A DNA stretch of 64,000 bases from an uncultured Acidimicrobiia bacterium (GCA_963792405.1 CAWBVU010000006.1:410325-474324); one strand, 5' to 3'; shown: positions 32,463-42,217, counted from the first letter of the stretch. The notes: generated by a model not told the origin, from the sequence alone. Numbers and translations: made by a program.

Positions 32463-34049
32463 ATGACGTTGCCGAACGTGATCATCGCGGAGCCCATCGC
32501 CGAGGAGGGTCTCGCGGCGCTCGCGGGCACGGCGACGGTCGTCGACCTCGTCGGAGCCGATCGCAGTGCCATCCTCGCGGCGATCCCGCTGGCCGCCGCC
32601 ATCATCGTTCGCTCGGCCACCAAGGTCGACAGGGAGATGATCGAGGCAGGCACCGGTCTCACGGTCATCGGACGGGCGGGCATCGGCACCGACAACATCG
32701 ACCTCGACGCCGCCACCGAGCGCGGCATCATGGTCGTCAACGCCCCCGACGCGAACACCATCTCCGCTGCGGAGCACACGATGGCCCTGATCCTCGCCCA
32801 GGCCCGCCACGTGGCGAGAGCCGACCGATCACTGCGCGAGGGGCGCTGGGAGCGGGCATCGTTCCAGGGCGTCGAGCTCCACGGCAAGACACTCGGGATC
32901 CTTGGACTCGGGAAGATCGGGACCCTCGTGGCGCAGCGGGCCTCTGCGTTCGGCATGCGCATCGTCGCCTACGACCCCTACGTCTCCACCGACCGGGCCC
33001 GTCGCCTCGGGGTCTCGATGATGCCCCTCGAGGAGGTCCTCGCGATCGCCGACATCGTCACCATCCACCTGCCGAGGACGCCCCAGACCGAGCACCTGAT
33101 CGATGCGAGGACGATCGCGACGATGCGCGACGGCGTACGCATCGTCAACGTTGCGAGAGGCGGGATCGTCGACGAGGCCGCCCTCGCGGACGCCATTCGA
33201 TCGGGGAAGGTCGCGGGAGCGGCGATCGATGTCTTCGCCACGGAACCGACCACGGACAGCCCGCTCTTCGACGTCCCGGAGGCGACCGTGACGCCGCATC
33301 TCGGCGCCTCGACCGTGGAGGCGCAGGGCAAGGCGGGCGTCGCCGTCGCCGAGGCGGTGGCGCAGGCCCTCAGGGGCGAGCTCGTCCTCAGTGCCGTGAA
33401 CCTCGACCTCGGGCCCTCCGTGTCGTCCACGGTCAAGCCGTTCATCGGCCTCGCGGAGCAGCTCGGCAAGATCTACACCGCGCTCGCGAAGGGCCTCCCC
33501 TCGGAGTTGACGGTCACAGTGCGCGGGGAGATCGCAGAGGAGTCGATCAAGCCGATCGCCCTGTCGGCCCTCAAGGGCGCCCTGGCGGCGAGTAGTGACG
33601 TGCCCGTCTCGTACGTCAACGCGCCACTCCTCGCCGAGTCGAGGGGTATGTCGGTGATCGAGGAGTCGCAGCTCGACGTGGAGGACTATCAGTCGGTGGT
33701 GCGGCTGTCCGGCGAGGTGGGCGGCCGATGGCGGACCGTCGCAGGCACCTACATGGCCAGGAAGGGTGCCGCACTGGTGGGTCTCGACGGGTATGCGATC
33801 GAGGTGCCCCTCACCGACCACATGCTGCTCATCCGCAACGAGGACGTTCCCGGCTGCATTGGGCGCGTCGGCACGTACCTGGGCGACATCGACAAGAACA
33901 TCGCCGACATGGTCGTGGGCCGATCGCCGGACGGAGCGGCCGCCATGATGGGGATCGCCCTCGACTCGCCGCTCAGCCAGGATCAGCTCGAGGGACTCCT
34001 GGCGCTGAGGGGCATCGCGGCAGCTCGCTACATCGACTTGTCGTCGTAG
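32463..34049 (+). CDS. serA: D-3-phosphoglycerate dehydrogenase
   Basis: 528 aa with NAD-binding GLGKIGT and C-terminal ASB+ACT domains. Confidence 0.95.
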   Translation: MTLPNVIIAEPIAEEGLAALAGTATVVDLVGADRSAILAAIPLAAAIIVRSATKVDREMIEAGTGLTVIGRAGIGTDNIDLDAATERGIMVVNAPDANTISAAEHTMALILAQARHVARADRSLREGRWERASFQGVELHGKTLGILGLGKIGTLVAQRASAFGMRIVAYDPYVSTDRARRLGVSMMPLEEVLAIADIVTIHLPRTPQTEHLIDARTIATMRDGVRIVNVARGGIVDEAALADAIRSGKVAGAAIDVFATEPTTDSPLFDVPEATVTPHLGASTVEAQGKAGVAVAEAVAQALRGELVLSAVNLDLGPSVSSTVKPFIGLAEQLGKIYTALAKGLPSELTVTVRGEIAEESIKPIALSALKGALAASSDVPVSYVNAPLLAESRGMSVIEESQLDVEDYQSVVRLSGEVGGRWRTVAGTYMARKGAALVGLDGYAIEVPLTDHMLLIRNEDVPGCIGRVGTYLGDIDKNIADMVVGRSPDGAAAMMGIALDSPLSQDQLEGLLALRGIAAARYIDLSS

Positions 34050-34067
34050 CGGACACGGCGACGGCCC

Positions 34068-34517
34068 TCACAGCAGCCACATCACCAGCCAACCCGAGGC
34101 GAGACCGTAGAGCCCTGCGACGACGTCGTCCATCGTGATCCCCACCGATCCCTCCAACGCCTCCGCCTGGGGAACGCCGGGGAGCACCTTGAAGATGTCG
34201 GCGAGGCGCGCCACGACGACGGCGACGAGCCATGGAAAGCCAGACAACCCGATCACGGCGACGAACGTGCCGGCCATCTCGTCGATGACGATCCAGCCGG
34301 GATCCGCGTGATCGCGGGCGAAGGGTGTCGCCGACCAGAGGGAGAGGGCGAGGAACACGGCGAAGACCCCGAGTTGGGCCCACCACGACCGATGCCACCA
34401 GATGAGCGAGAGCCCTGCGGCGAGGGCTGAGCCGAACGTTCCCGCACCACTGTCGCTGTGCCACAGCCGGGACGGGATGAGCCCGACACCGAAGCCTGAT
34501 GCGATGAACCGGCGCAT
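34068..34517 (-). CDS. pgpA: phosphatidylglycerophosphatase A
   Basis: PgpA motifs GFGVGLIP, GTFGS, IDEMAG; start at MRRFIASGFG. Confidence 0.75.
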   Translation of the reverse strand: MRRFIASGFGVGLIPSRLWHSDSGAGTFGSALAAGLSLIWWHRSWWAQLGVFAVFLALSLWSATPFARDHADPGWIVIDEMAGTFVAVIGLSGFPWLVAVVVARLADIFKVLPGVPQAEALEGSVGITMDDVVAGLYGLASGWLVMWLL

Positions 34518-34632
34518 GGGCCTCCACAGTAGGGCTTCGATGGTCGCATGGTCGCTCCGTGGCCATGGATGCCCCACGGACGCGCACGTGCCCGGATCGA
34601 GTCGACCCGGGCACGTCGTCTCGTCGTCGCGA

Positions 34633-35058
34633 TCAGCCCTCCGAGGCCGCCTCCGCCGTCATGGTCCCCTCCATGCCCGCGGTGAAGTGGCCCTCGAGCG
34701 CACAGATGATCTGGTACTCGCCCGCAGGGACGTTGAACGTTCCTGTGCCGGACCCACCCGGTGCCACGGCCTCGACTTCGAACAGTACGTCCTCTTCGTC
34801 GAAGTCCGTCTCGCTCGAGATCTCGTTGCCCGGATTGATGATCACCCACTCGTGCTCGACCGAGTCGCTGACGTTCTCCACCGTGACGGTGATGTCCTCG
34901 TCTGCGACGACGGTCACCTCGTCGGGGTCGAAGCTGAAGGAGTCCGCCTCGACCGTGAAGGAAGTGACGGCACCTCCACCGTCGTCGCTGCCGCAGGCCG
35001 TCAGTCCGAGGGCCACGATGGCCACCAGACACGTCGATACGATCGTCGTCCTTCTCAT
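34633..35058 (-). CDS. cupredoxin-like (plastocyanin/azurin family) lipoprotein
   Basis: Lipobox LTACGSD; type-1 copper ligand pattern H(EW)...C..EGH...M (YQIICALEGHFTAGM). Confidence 0.65.
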   Translation of the reverse strand: MRRTTIVSTCLVAIVALGLTACGSDDGGGAVTSFTVEADSFSFDPDEVTVVADEDITVTVENVSDSVEHEWVIINPGNEISSETDFDEEDVLFEVEAVAPGGSGTGTFNVPAGEYQIICALEGHFTAGMEGTMTAEAASEG

Positions 35059-35419
35059 TCCCCTGTGTGCCCTGCCCTCCGTGTCCGCGTCATGTTCCCC
35101 ACGGACGCTCGGCATCGATGCCGGATCCGTCTGCGGAGGAGGTGAGACAGGACTCATCGCCGGACGCGAAGCAGGTCTGAGACCGGCTTCCCCGTCGGGC
35201 GGTTGCCCCGGATCGCACCTTCCCGCTCCCCGGGGCCGTCCTTGCCGCCAGGTTTCCCTCTGCGTCCGCGACCCCTCCCCGGCCGACCGCCAGGTGTTGT
35301 TGGTATAGCGTCATTGACCCCGAGCACGCAAGTGGTGGTCATAGGGCACGGTCGCGCAGGCCCGTCCACAGGCCCCCGATCGGTCTAGCGTGGATCGTCC
35401 CGCGTACCGAAGGAGCCAC

Positions 35420-37333
35420 ATGCAGCCGGGCCAACTCGCCGATTACCGCGTCCCGTCCGACGCCGTCCTCCACCCCGACGGCACCGGGGTGGCCTTCGTC
35501 CTCACCTCGATGGACCTCGAAGAGGACCGCTACGTCCGTCGCATCTGGTCGTGGGACGGGACCGAGACACGACCCCTGACCTCGGGCTCGATGGACACGA
35601 GCCCCCGCTGGTCGCCGGATGGCGCGACCCTGGCCTTCCTGCGCAAGGGCACCGGTGACAAGGACCGCCCCCAGGTGGCACTGCTCCCCACCGGTGGCGG
35701 CGAGGCAGAGGTCGTCACGAGTTTCGAGCTCGGTGTCTCCGCCCTCGAGTGGTCGCCCGACGGCTCGTCGCTGCTCCTCCAGGTCGCGGAGTACGTCGAC
35801 GGCATCGAGGATGACGAGGAACGCACGAGGGCGCCGCGCAGGATCACCGACCCGGCGTTCCGCTTCGACAACATCGGGTGGACCCACGACAAGAGGTCTC
35901 ACCTGTGGGTGCTCGATGCCTCGTCGCACGACGTGGTGCAGATCACCAGCGGTGACTTCAGCGAATCGGGCGCGGCATGGAGCCCCGACGGTTCGCAGGT
36001 CGCGTACCTGTCGGCCACCGGCGACGACCGGTGGATCAAGCCCCTCGGCAACGTCTTCGCGGTGGCGGCCACCGGAGGCACACCGACCGAGGTGACGCCG
36101 AGGGGCCAATGGGACTGGGTGGGGTACGCGCCAGACGGCACGATGTTCGTCCTCGGGATGGCCACGGACGAGTTCCGACTCGAGGCTTCCCCCCTCCAGC
36201 GTCTCGGCGACGACGGCGCGCTCGTCCGCGTCACGGACCTCGACCGCAACCTTCGTCCCGGCCACCCACCGGGACCACTCACCGGTCCGCGGTTCCTCGA
36301 CGATGGGACCATCCACTGTGTCCTCGAGGACCGTGGCACGCAGAGGGTCATCGCCATCGCCCCCGACGGGGGAGTGACGGAGGTCACAGGGGGGCCGAGG
36401 CTCATCACCGGATGGGACCCGAGGCCCGACGGATCGGCGGCGGTCTTCACCGCGACGAGCCCCCTCGAGCCGGGCGACCTGCGATGGTGGGATGGCTCCG
36501 ACGAGCGGGTCATCGCCACGTTCAACGACGGGTTCGCAGAGGCTGCCGAACTGGTCATGCCGCAGGAGTTCACCTACGCCTCCGATGATGCCGAGATCCA
36601 CGGCTGGGTGCTCCTCCCCCCAGGGGACGACGAGGTTCCGCTGCTCCTCACCATCCATGGCGGCCCCGCCACCCAGTACGGATGGGGCTTCTTCGACGAG
36701 TTCCAGGTCTATGTCGGAGCGGGCTACGGCGTGGTCGCCGTGAATCCGCGAGGCGCATCGGGATACGGTGACGCCTTCATGCAGGTGCCCGTGGGACGGT
36801 GGGGCGACGAGGTCCCCCCTGACCAGGCAGACCTCATGCGGGCGCCCTACGCCGCCGCGGAGCAGTTCCCTCGCCTCGACACGACCCGGATGGGGGTCAT
36901 GGGCGGCTCCTACGGGGGCCTGTCGACGGTGATGGTGACCTCCATGGACCACGCCTATCGGTCTGCCGTCGCCGAGCGCGGCGTCTACAACTGGGGGTCG
37001 ATGGCGGGGACGACGGACATCCCGTGGTTCGTCGGCGTCTATCTCCATGCGGCGATGCCAGACGACGCCGACACGATCTGGAAGGCGAGCCCCCTCGCAC
37101 GGGCAGGGGCGATCACGACACCGACCCTCATCATCCACTCGGAGGGGGACTACCGATGCCCGGTCGAGCAGGGCCAGCAGCTCTTCACCCTGCTGTACAG
37201 CGGGGGGGTGGACACCGAGCTCCTCCTCTTCCCGCAGGGCGAGGGCCACGAGCTGTCGCGCAGCGGGAAGCCCAAGCACCGGAGGGAGCGTTTCGAGGCC
37301 ATCCTGGCATGGCACGGCGAGCGATTGACGTAG
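35420..37333 (+). CDS. S9 family peptidase (prolyl oligopeptidase / acylaminoacyl-peptidase-like)
   Basis: N-terminal beta-propeller, C-terminal GGSYGG nucleophile elbow, catalytic Asp and His region; AAGGAG RBS. Confidence 0.85.
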   Translation: MQPGQLADYRVPSDAVLHPDGTGVAFVLTSMDLEEDRYVRRIWSWDGTETRPLTSGSMDTSPRWSPDGATLAFLRKGTGDKDRPQVALLPTGGGEAEVVTSFELGVSALEWSPDGSSLLLQVAEYVDGIEDDEERTRAPRRITDPAFRFDNIGWTHDKRSHLWVLDASSHDVVQITSGDFSESGAAWSPDGSQVAYLSATGDDRWIKPLGNVFAVAATGGTPTEVTPRGQWDWVGYAPDGTMFVLGMATDEFRLEASPLQRLGDDGALVRVTDLDRNLRPGHPPGPLTGPRFLDDGTIHCVLEDRGTQRVIAIAPDGGVTEVTGGPRLITGWDPRPDGSAAVFTATSPLEPGDLRWWDGSDERVIATFNDGFAEAAELVMPQEFTYASDDAEIHGWVLLPPGDDEVPLLLTIHGGPATQYGWGFFDEFQVYVGAGYGVVAVNPRGASGYGDAFMQVPVGRWGDEVPPDQADLMRAPYAAAEQFPRLDTTRMGVMGGSYGGLSTVMVTSMDHAYRSAVAERGVYNWGSMAGTTDIPWFVGVYLHAAMPDDADTIWKASPLARAGAITTPTLIIHSEGDYRCPVEQGQQLFTLLYSGGVDTELLLFPQGEGHELSRSGKPKHRRERFEAILAWHGERLT

Positions 37334-37394
37334 CCGTCGGGACGCAACCGGATTCCGCCCCCGAAACCGACCGCTCCATGCCAAACTAGGGCGC

Positions 37395-38309
37395 ATGAAT
37401 CCGACCGACTACATCTGGATGGACGGCGAGCTCGTGCCATGGGAGTCCGCGACGGTCCACGTCCTCGTGCACGGCCTCCACTACGGGACCGGTGCCTTCG
37501 AGGGCATCCGCGCCTACGAGACGCCCAAGGGCACCGCGGTGTTCAGGCTCACCGATCACATGGACCGGCTGCGTCGCTCGGCCAAGGCGGTCGGGATCCC
37601 GTTCCCGTATGAGGTCGAGGAGCTCGTCGAGGCGGCGAAGGAGACGCTGCGGTCCAACGGGTTGCGCTCGGGCTACATCCGTCCCATCACCTTCTTCGGA
37701 ACCGGCTCGATGGGGCTCAACCCGGCAGGAGCCTCGGTGCACACGGTCATCGCCGCGTGGGAGTGGGGTGCCTACCTCGGTGAGGACGGCATCCAGAACG
37801 GCATCAGGATCGCCGTGTCGTCATGGCGCCGCATCGGCCACAACGCGCTCATGCCCGACGCCAAGGTGACCGGCGGGTACGTGAACTCCGTCCTCGCCAA
37901 GAGCGCCGCCATCAGGGCTGGGTACGACGAGGCGTTGCTCCTGAACGAGGACGGCCTCATCGCCGAGGGGTCCGGTGAGAACCTCTTCATGGTCCGCAAC
38001 GGCATCGTCCACACGCCGCCGACATCCGCAGGCGCCCTCGATGGCATCACGAGGGACTCCGTGTATGCCCTCCTCGCCGAGGACGGCCACCGCATCAAGG
38101 AGACCCAGATCACGAGGACGGACCTCTACTACGCCGACGAGGTGTTCTTCACGGGTACCGCAGCCGAGGTCACGCCCGTTCGCGAGATCGACGACCGGGA
38201 GGTCGGGGACGGCAAACCAGGCCCCGTGACCCGCAGGGCCCAGGAGCTGTACATGGGGACGGTCAAGGGCGAGCTCGGGTCCCATCCCGAGTGGCTCGAG
38301 TACATCTGA
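37395..38309 (+). CDS. ilvE: branched-chain amino acid aminotransferase
   Basis: Class IV aminotransferase with EGSGENLF and GTAAEVTPV motifs. Confidence 0.95.
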   Translation: MNPTDYIWMDGELVPWESATVHVLVHGLHYGTGAFEGIRAYETPKGTAVFRLTDHMDRLRRSAKAVGIPFPYEVEELVEAAKETLRSNGLRSGYIRPITFFGTGSMGLNPAGASVHTVIAAWEWGAYLGEDGIQNGIRIAVSSWRRIGHNALMPDAKVTGGYVNSVLAKSAAIRAGYDEALLLNEDGLIAEGSGENLFMVRNGIVHTPPTSAGALDGITRDSVYALLAEDGHRIKETQITRTDLYYADEVFFTGTAAEVTPVREIDDREVGDGKPGPVTRRAQELYMGTVKGELGSHPEWLEYI

Positions 38310-38319
38310 CCGCACCTCG

Positions 38320-38864
38320 ATGGCCGACACCGACCGATACCGGTTCATCACCGGACAGCGCTTCGAGTTCACGCCAGCGATCACCACGATCGCCGGCACG
38401 CACACCCCGTATTGCTGGGGCTGCGGTCCCCAGGCGCGGGAGGGGCTCGGCCTGGCCCGCGACTCGAAGGGGCCGAGGTCGTGGCGGAACTCGAGTTCGA
38501 TCCGAGGTTCGAGGGAGGACCCGGCACCGTCCACGGCGGCGCCATCGCGGCCTTCATGGACGATCTCCTCGGGTACGTCCCGGTCGCGTACGGTTCCCCC
38601 GGCGTCACCGCACGCCTCGACACGAACTACCGGAAGCCGGTCCCGCTCGGCGTCGAGGTGCACGGGAGGGCGTGGCTCTCGGACGCCGACGGACGGAAGA
38701 TGTGGGCGGAGGGCACCATCGAGGCGGATGGCGACGTGTTCGTCGAGGCGTCGGCGATGTTCGTGGCCATCGACCCTTCGCACTACCAGAGGGTCTTCGA
38801 GGGGCTGACCGAGGAACAACTCGCCCGCAATGTCACCTACCGTTCCGGCGACTACTACCCCTGA
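38320..38864 (+). pseudogene. PaaI/4HBT-type hotdog thioesterase interrupted by a frameshift near 38455-38470
   Basis: N-terminal part (MADTDRYRFITGQRFEF...HTPYCWGCGPQAREGLGL) is in the frame of ORF 38320..38808; the hotdog core (LEGAEVVAELEFDP...GGPGTVHGGAIAAFMDD) continues in the frame of ORF 38412..38864, offset by one nt. Confidence 0.55.
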
Positions 38865-38876
38865 TTCGGAGGCGGC

Positions 38877-39641
38877 ATGAAGATCGTCCGCATCGACGCC
38901 GACAACGACGACATCACCTACGGCACCGTCGAGCCGGACGGCATCCGCCTCTACCACGGATCGCCCTTCTTCCAATGGGAGCGATCCGAGACCGTGCTCC
39001 CCATCACGCAGGTCAAGCTCCTCGCCCCTGTCATCCCCACGAAGGTGGTCGCCGTCGGGAAGAACTACGTCGACCACGCCGCAGAGATGGACTCCGCGGT
39101 CCCCGAGAGCCCGATCATCTTCCTGAAGCCTCCCACCAGTGTCATCGGGCCGCTGTCGCCGATCCGGCTTCCCCCGGAGTCCAGGGAGGTCCACCACGAG
39201 GGCGAGCTTGCCGTGGTGATGGGGAAGGTGGCCAGGCACGTCGCTGCCGAGGACGCCAGCCGCTACATCCTCGGCTACACGATCGCCAACGACGTCACGG
39301 CACGCGACCTCCAACGCGCCGACGGCCAATGGACGAGGGCGAAGGGATTCGACACCTTCTGCCCTCTCGGTCCCGCGATCGACACGGAGTTCGACCCGAC
39401 CGAGCCGAACAGCCTCACGACGAGGGTCGACGACGAGCTGCGCCAGGACGGTTCGACGGCCGACATGGTGTTCGGCGTCGCGGACCTCGTCGCCTTCGTG
39501 TCCTCCGTCATGACCCTCCTACCGGGTGACGTCATCCTCACCGGCACGCCGTCGGGGGTGGGGCCGATCCGCGAGGGCGACCGTGTCGAGGTGGAGATCG
39601 AGGGCCTCGGGGTGCTGATGAACCCCGTGGTGTCGGCGTGA
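38877..39641 (+). CDS. fumarylacetoacetate hydrolase (FAH) family protein
   Basis: FAH-fold motifs GKNYVDHAAE, HEGELAVV, GDVILTGTPSGVG. Confidence 0.85.
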   Translation: MKIVRIDADNDDITYGTVEPDGIRLYHGSPFFQWERSETVLPITQVKLLAPVIPTKVVAVGKNYVDHAAEMDSAVPESPIIFLKPPTSVIGPLSPIRLPPESREVHHEGELAVVMGKVARHVAAEDASRYILGYTIANDVTARDLQRADGQWTRAKGFDTFCPLGPAIDTEFDPTEPNSLTTRVDDELRQDGSTADMVFGVADLVAFVSSVMTLLPGDVILTGTPSGVGPIREGDRVEVEIEGLGVLMNPVVSA

Positions 39642-41086
39642 GCGTCAGGGTCCGGTTCGCCCCGTCACCGACCGGCTACCTGCACGTCGGCTCCGCACGC
39701 ACCGCCTTGTACAACTACCTGTTCGCCAACGCCAACGGCGGCCAGTTCATCCTCCGCTCGGACGACACGGACGAGGCGAGGTCGACCGAGGAGTACCAGC
39801 AGGACATCCTCGATCACCTCAGGTGGCTCGGGCTCGAGTGGGACGAGGGATTCGCCAAGGGCGGACCACACGGCACCTACCGCCAGTCCGACCGATTCGA
39901 GCGGTATGCCGAGGTCGCCCACGGCCTCGTGCGCGACGGCAAGGCGTACTACTCCTTCGCGACGCCGGACCAGCTCGAGGGGTTCAGGCGGCAGGCGCAC
40001 ACGGAAGGCACATCGCCCGCCTACGACGGGTCGCTCGAACCGACGAGGGACCAGGTGTCACGGAGGCTTGCGGACGGTGAGACCGCCGTCGTCCGCTTCA
40101 GGGTGCCGAGGCCGGGCGAGACGGTCTTCGAGGACGTCGTCAGGGGTGAGATGCGCTTCGACCATGCGCAGGTCGACGACTTCGTGATCCTGCGATCGGA
40201 CAACACGCCGACCTACCACCTCGCGTCGACCGTCGACGACGTCGACTACGGGATCACCCATGTGATCAGGGGAGAGGACCTGCTGCCCTCCACCCCCAAA
40301 CACATCCTCCTCACTCAGGCCATGGACGCCCCGCCTGCCACCTACGCCCACCTGTCGCTGCTGATGGGCCCGGACGGCAAGAAGCTCTCGAAACGCCACG
40401 GGGACACGGCGATGAGCGCGTACCGCGAGGCCGGATACCTGCCGGAGGCGATGGACAACTACCTCGCCCTGCTCGGGTGGAACGTCGGCGAGGACGAAGA
40501 CGTGGTGTCCCTCGACGAGATGGTGCGGCGTTTCGACCTCGGCGCGGTCTCGCGCAATCCCGCCGTGTTCGACACGAGGAAGCTCGAGTGGATGAACGGC
40601 GTGTACGTCAGGGCGCTACGGGACGACGTGTTCGTCACGATGACCCTCCCCATCGTCGAGGAGGCGCTTGGGCGCACCCTCGACGATGCCGAACGTGCAC
40701 GGTTCGCGACCATCGCCCCCCTCGTGAAGGAGCGGACGAAGCTCCTCCCTGAGGTCGCCGACCAGGTCCGTTTCCTCTTCGCCGCCGTCGAGTCCTACGA
40801 CGAGGACTCCTGGCGGAAGGTGATGGAGACCGAGGAGGCGCCCGTCGCCCTCGACGGTGCAGCCTCCTCCCTTGGGGACCTCGACGTGTGGTCCACGACA
40901 TCGATCGATGACGCCCTCAGGGCGATGCTCGAGGCGACGGGACTGTCCGCGAGGAAGGGCCTGCAGCCGATCCGGGTGGCGGTGTCCGGCTCGACGGTCA
41001 GCCCACCGCTGTTCGAGTCGCTCGAGGCGCTCGGCAGGGACGAGACCCTCGCCCGGATCGCCTCGGCGAGGGCGGAGCTCGGCTGA
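39638..41086 (+). CDS. gltX: glutamate--tRNA ligase
   Basis: Class I HIGH motif (PSPTGYLHVGSAR) and KLSKR (KMSKS) motif; GTGA overlap with upstream gene. Confidence 0.95.
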   Translation: MSVRVRFAPSPTGYLHVGSARTALYNYLFANANGGQFILRSDDTDEARSTEEYQQDILDHLRWLGLEWDEGFAKGGPHGTYRQSDRFERYAEVAHGLVRDGKAYYSFATPDQLEGFRRQAHTEGTSPAYDGSLEPTRDQVSRRLADGETAVVRFRVPRPGETVFEDVVRGEMRFDHAQVDDFVILRSDNTPTYHLASTVDDVDYGITHVIRGEDLLPSTPKHILLTQAMDAPPATYAHLSLLMGPDGKKLSKRHGDTAMSAYREAGYLPEAMDNYLALLGWNVGEDEDVVSLDEMVRRFDLGAVSRNPAVFDTRKLEWMNGVYVRALRDDVFVTMTLPIVEEALGRTLDDAERARFATIAPLVKERTKLLPEVADQVRFLFAAVESYDEDSWRKVMETEEAPVALDGAASSLGDLDVWSTTSIDDALRAMLEATGLSARKGLQPIRVAVSGSTVSPPLFESLEALGRDETLARIASARAELG

Positions 41087-41087
41087 C

Positions 41088-41468
41088 ATGCCACCCGCCG
41101 ACGCCCAGATCACCTTCCTGCCGTGCACCGACCTGTCGAGGAGCAGGGCGTTCTACGAGGGCATCCTCGGGCTCGACCTCGTCGTCGACCAGGGCAGCTG
41201 CCTGATCTTCCGTGTCGTCGAAGGCGCCTTCGTGGGGCTCTGCGAGCACCTCGACCCGATCCGGGGGAGGAGCGTGATCCTCACCATCGTCACCGACGAC
41301 GTCGATGCGTGGTGTCGCAGGATCACCGACCATGGTGGGCTCGTGGAGTCGGGACCGGAGCACAACGACCGCTACGGCATCTACCACGCCTTCACGAGGG
41401 ACCCGGACGGCCACTACGTCGAGATCCAGCGATTCGACGACCCCTCCTGGTCGTCCCCCATCGCGTGA
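41088..41468 (+). CDS. VOC (glyoxalase/bleomycin-resistance fold) family protein
   Basis: 126-aa protein with VOC betaalphabetabetabeta repeats; starts 2 nt after gltX stop. Confidence 0.7.
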   Translation: MPPADAQITFLPCTDLSRSRAFYEGILGLDLVVDQGSCLIFRVVEGAFVGLCEHLDPIRGRSVILTIVTDDVDAWCRRITDHGGLVESGPEHNDRYGIYHAFTRDPDGHYVEIQRFDDPSWSSPIA

Positions 41469-41532
41469 CGCGAGCGATTCAGGGGCCCTCGTTGCCATTA
41501 CGGGTCGGTCCCACGTATCCTTGCCGACGCCT

Positions 41533-41604
41533 TCGGGGGTGGTGTAATTGGCAACACGCCGGGTTCTGGTCCCGTTATTGAGGGTTCGAGTCCTTCCCCC
41601 CGAG
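41533..41604 (+). tRNA. tRNA-Gln (anticodon CTG)
   Basis: Cloverleaf: acceptor TCGGGGG/CCCCCGA, D-arm GTGT-AATTGGCA-ACAC, anticodon loop TTCTGGT, T-arm GAGGG-TTCGAGT-CCTTC, discriminator G; CCA not encoded. Confidence 0.8.
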
Positions 41605-41628
41605 CCGGCAGATACACTCTGCCCACAC

Positions 41629-41701
41629 GGCCCCGTCGTCTAGCGGCCTAGGACGCCGCCCTCTCAAGGCGGTAGCGCCGGTTCAAATCCGGTCGGGGCT
41701 A
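41629..41701 (+). tRNA. tRNA-Glu (anticodon CTC)
   Basis: GTCTAGCGGCCTAGGAC D-arm characteristic of tRNA-Glu; anticodon arm CCGCC-CTCTCAA-GGCGG; T-arm GCCGG-TTCAAAT-CCGGT; acceptor GGCCCCG/CGGGGCT. Confidence 0.85.
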
Positions 41702-41947
41702 CGAAGAGACCTCTCGCATCTCACGCGGGGGGTTTCTTTGCGTTACCCCCTTGAGAGTGCGGCGTGCCGCTTCTGCTCTCCCTTTGGCAAGGCGGTAGCG
41801 CCGGTTCACATCCGGTCGGGGCTACGAAGAGACCTCTCGCATCTCACGCGGGGGGTTTCTTTGCGTTACCCCCTTGAGAGTGCGGCGTGCCGCTTCTGCT
41901 CTCCCTTTGGCAAGGCGGTAGCGCCGGTTCACATCCGGTCGGGGCTA
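41702..41947 (+). repeat. two tandem 123-nt direct repeats, each ending in a copy of the tRNA-Glu 3' half (anticodon-loop to 3' end, T-loop TTCACAT instead of TTCAAAT)
   Basis: Near-identical units at about 41702-41824 and 41825-41947; each carries CAAGGCGGTAGCGCCGGTTCACATCCGGTCGGGGCT but no 5' acceptor/D-arm, so they are not complete tRNAs. Confidence 0.8.
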
Positions 41948-41952
41948 CAAGC

Positions 41953-41981
41953 CAGAAACCCCTGTACCGCAGGGGTTTCTG
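41953..41981 (+). terminator. perfect 12-bp stem / 5-nt loop hairpin (CAGAAACCCCTG-TACCG-CAGGGGTTTCTG), probable intrinsic terminator of the tRNA cluster
   Basis: Inverted repeat seen directly in sequence; no U-tract (common in high-GC actinobacteria). Confidence 0.55.
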
Positions 41982-42217
41982 CGCGTTCCGAGCCCGATGC
42001 GTGACGGGGGTGGCGCGGGCGGACGATGCCGATTTCGGCGGTTTGGTGGTGGGATGGTGCGAAACGGGACGTCGCGCCCGTATCATCGGCTCAGCTGCTT
42101 CGGCGGCCTTCCCCTTGCTCGTTGTCCTACGACTCTGATTCTCGGGTCGGTTCCGGACATCTCATCAGGTGCGGCACACCGTGTGCGCGCACATCCCTGA
42201 CAGCAAAGGAAGCTGCC

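Noticed and set aside
41738-42004. 88-aa ORF with internally repeated peptide (MRYPLESAACRFCSPFGKAVAPVHIRSGL x2)
   Set aside because: It is simply the translation of the two tandem 123-nt tRNA-Glu-derived repeats and begins with TTG. The repeat is an RNA or att-like feature, not a gene.
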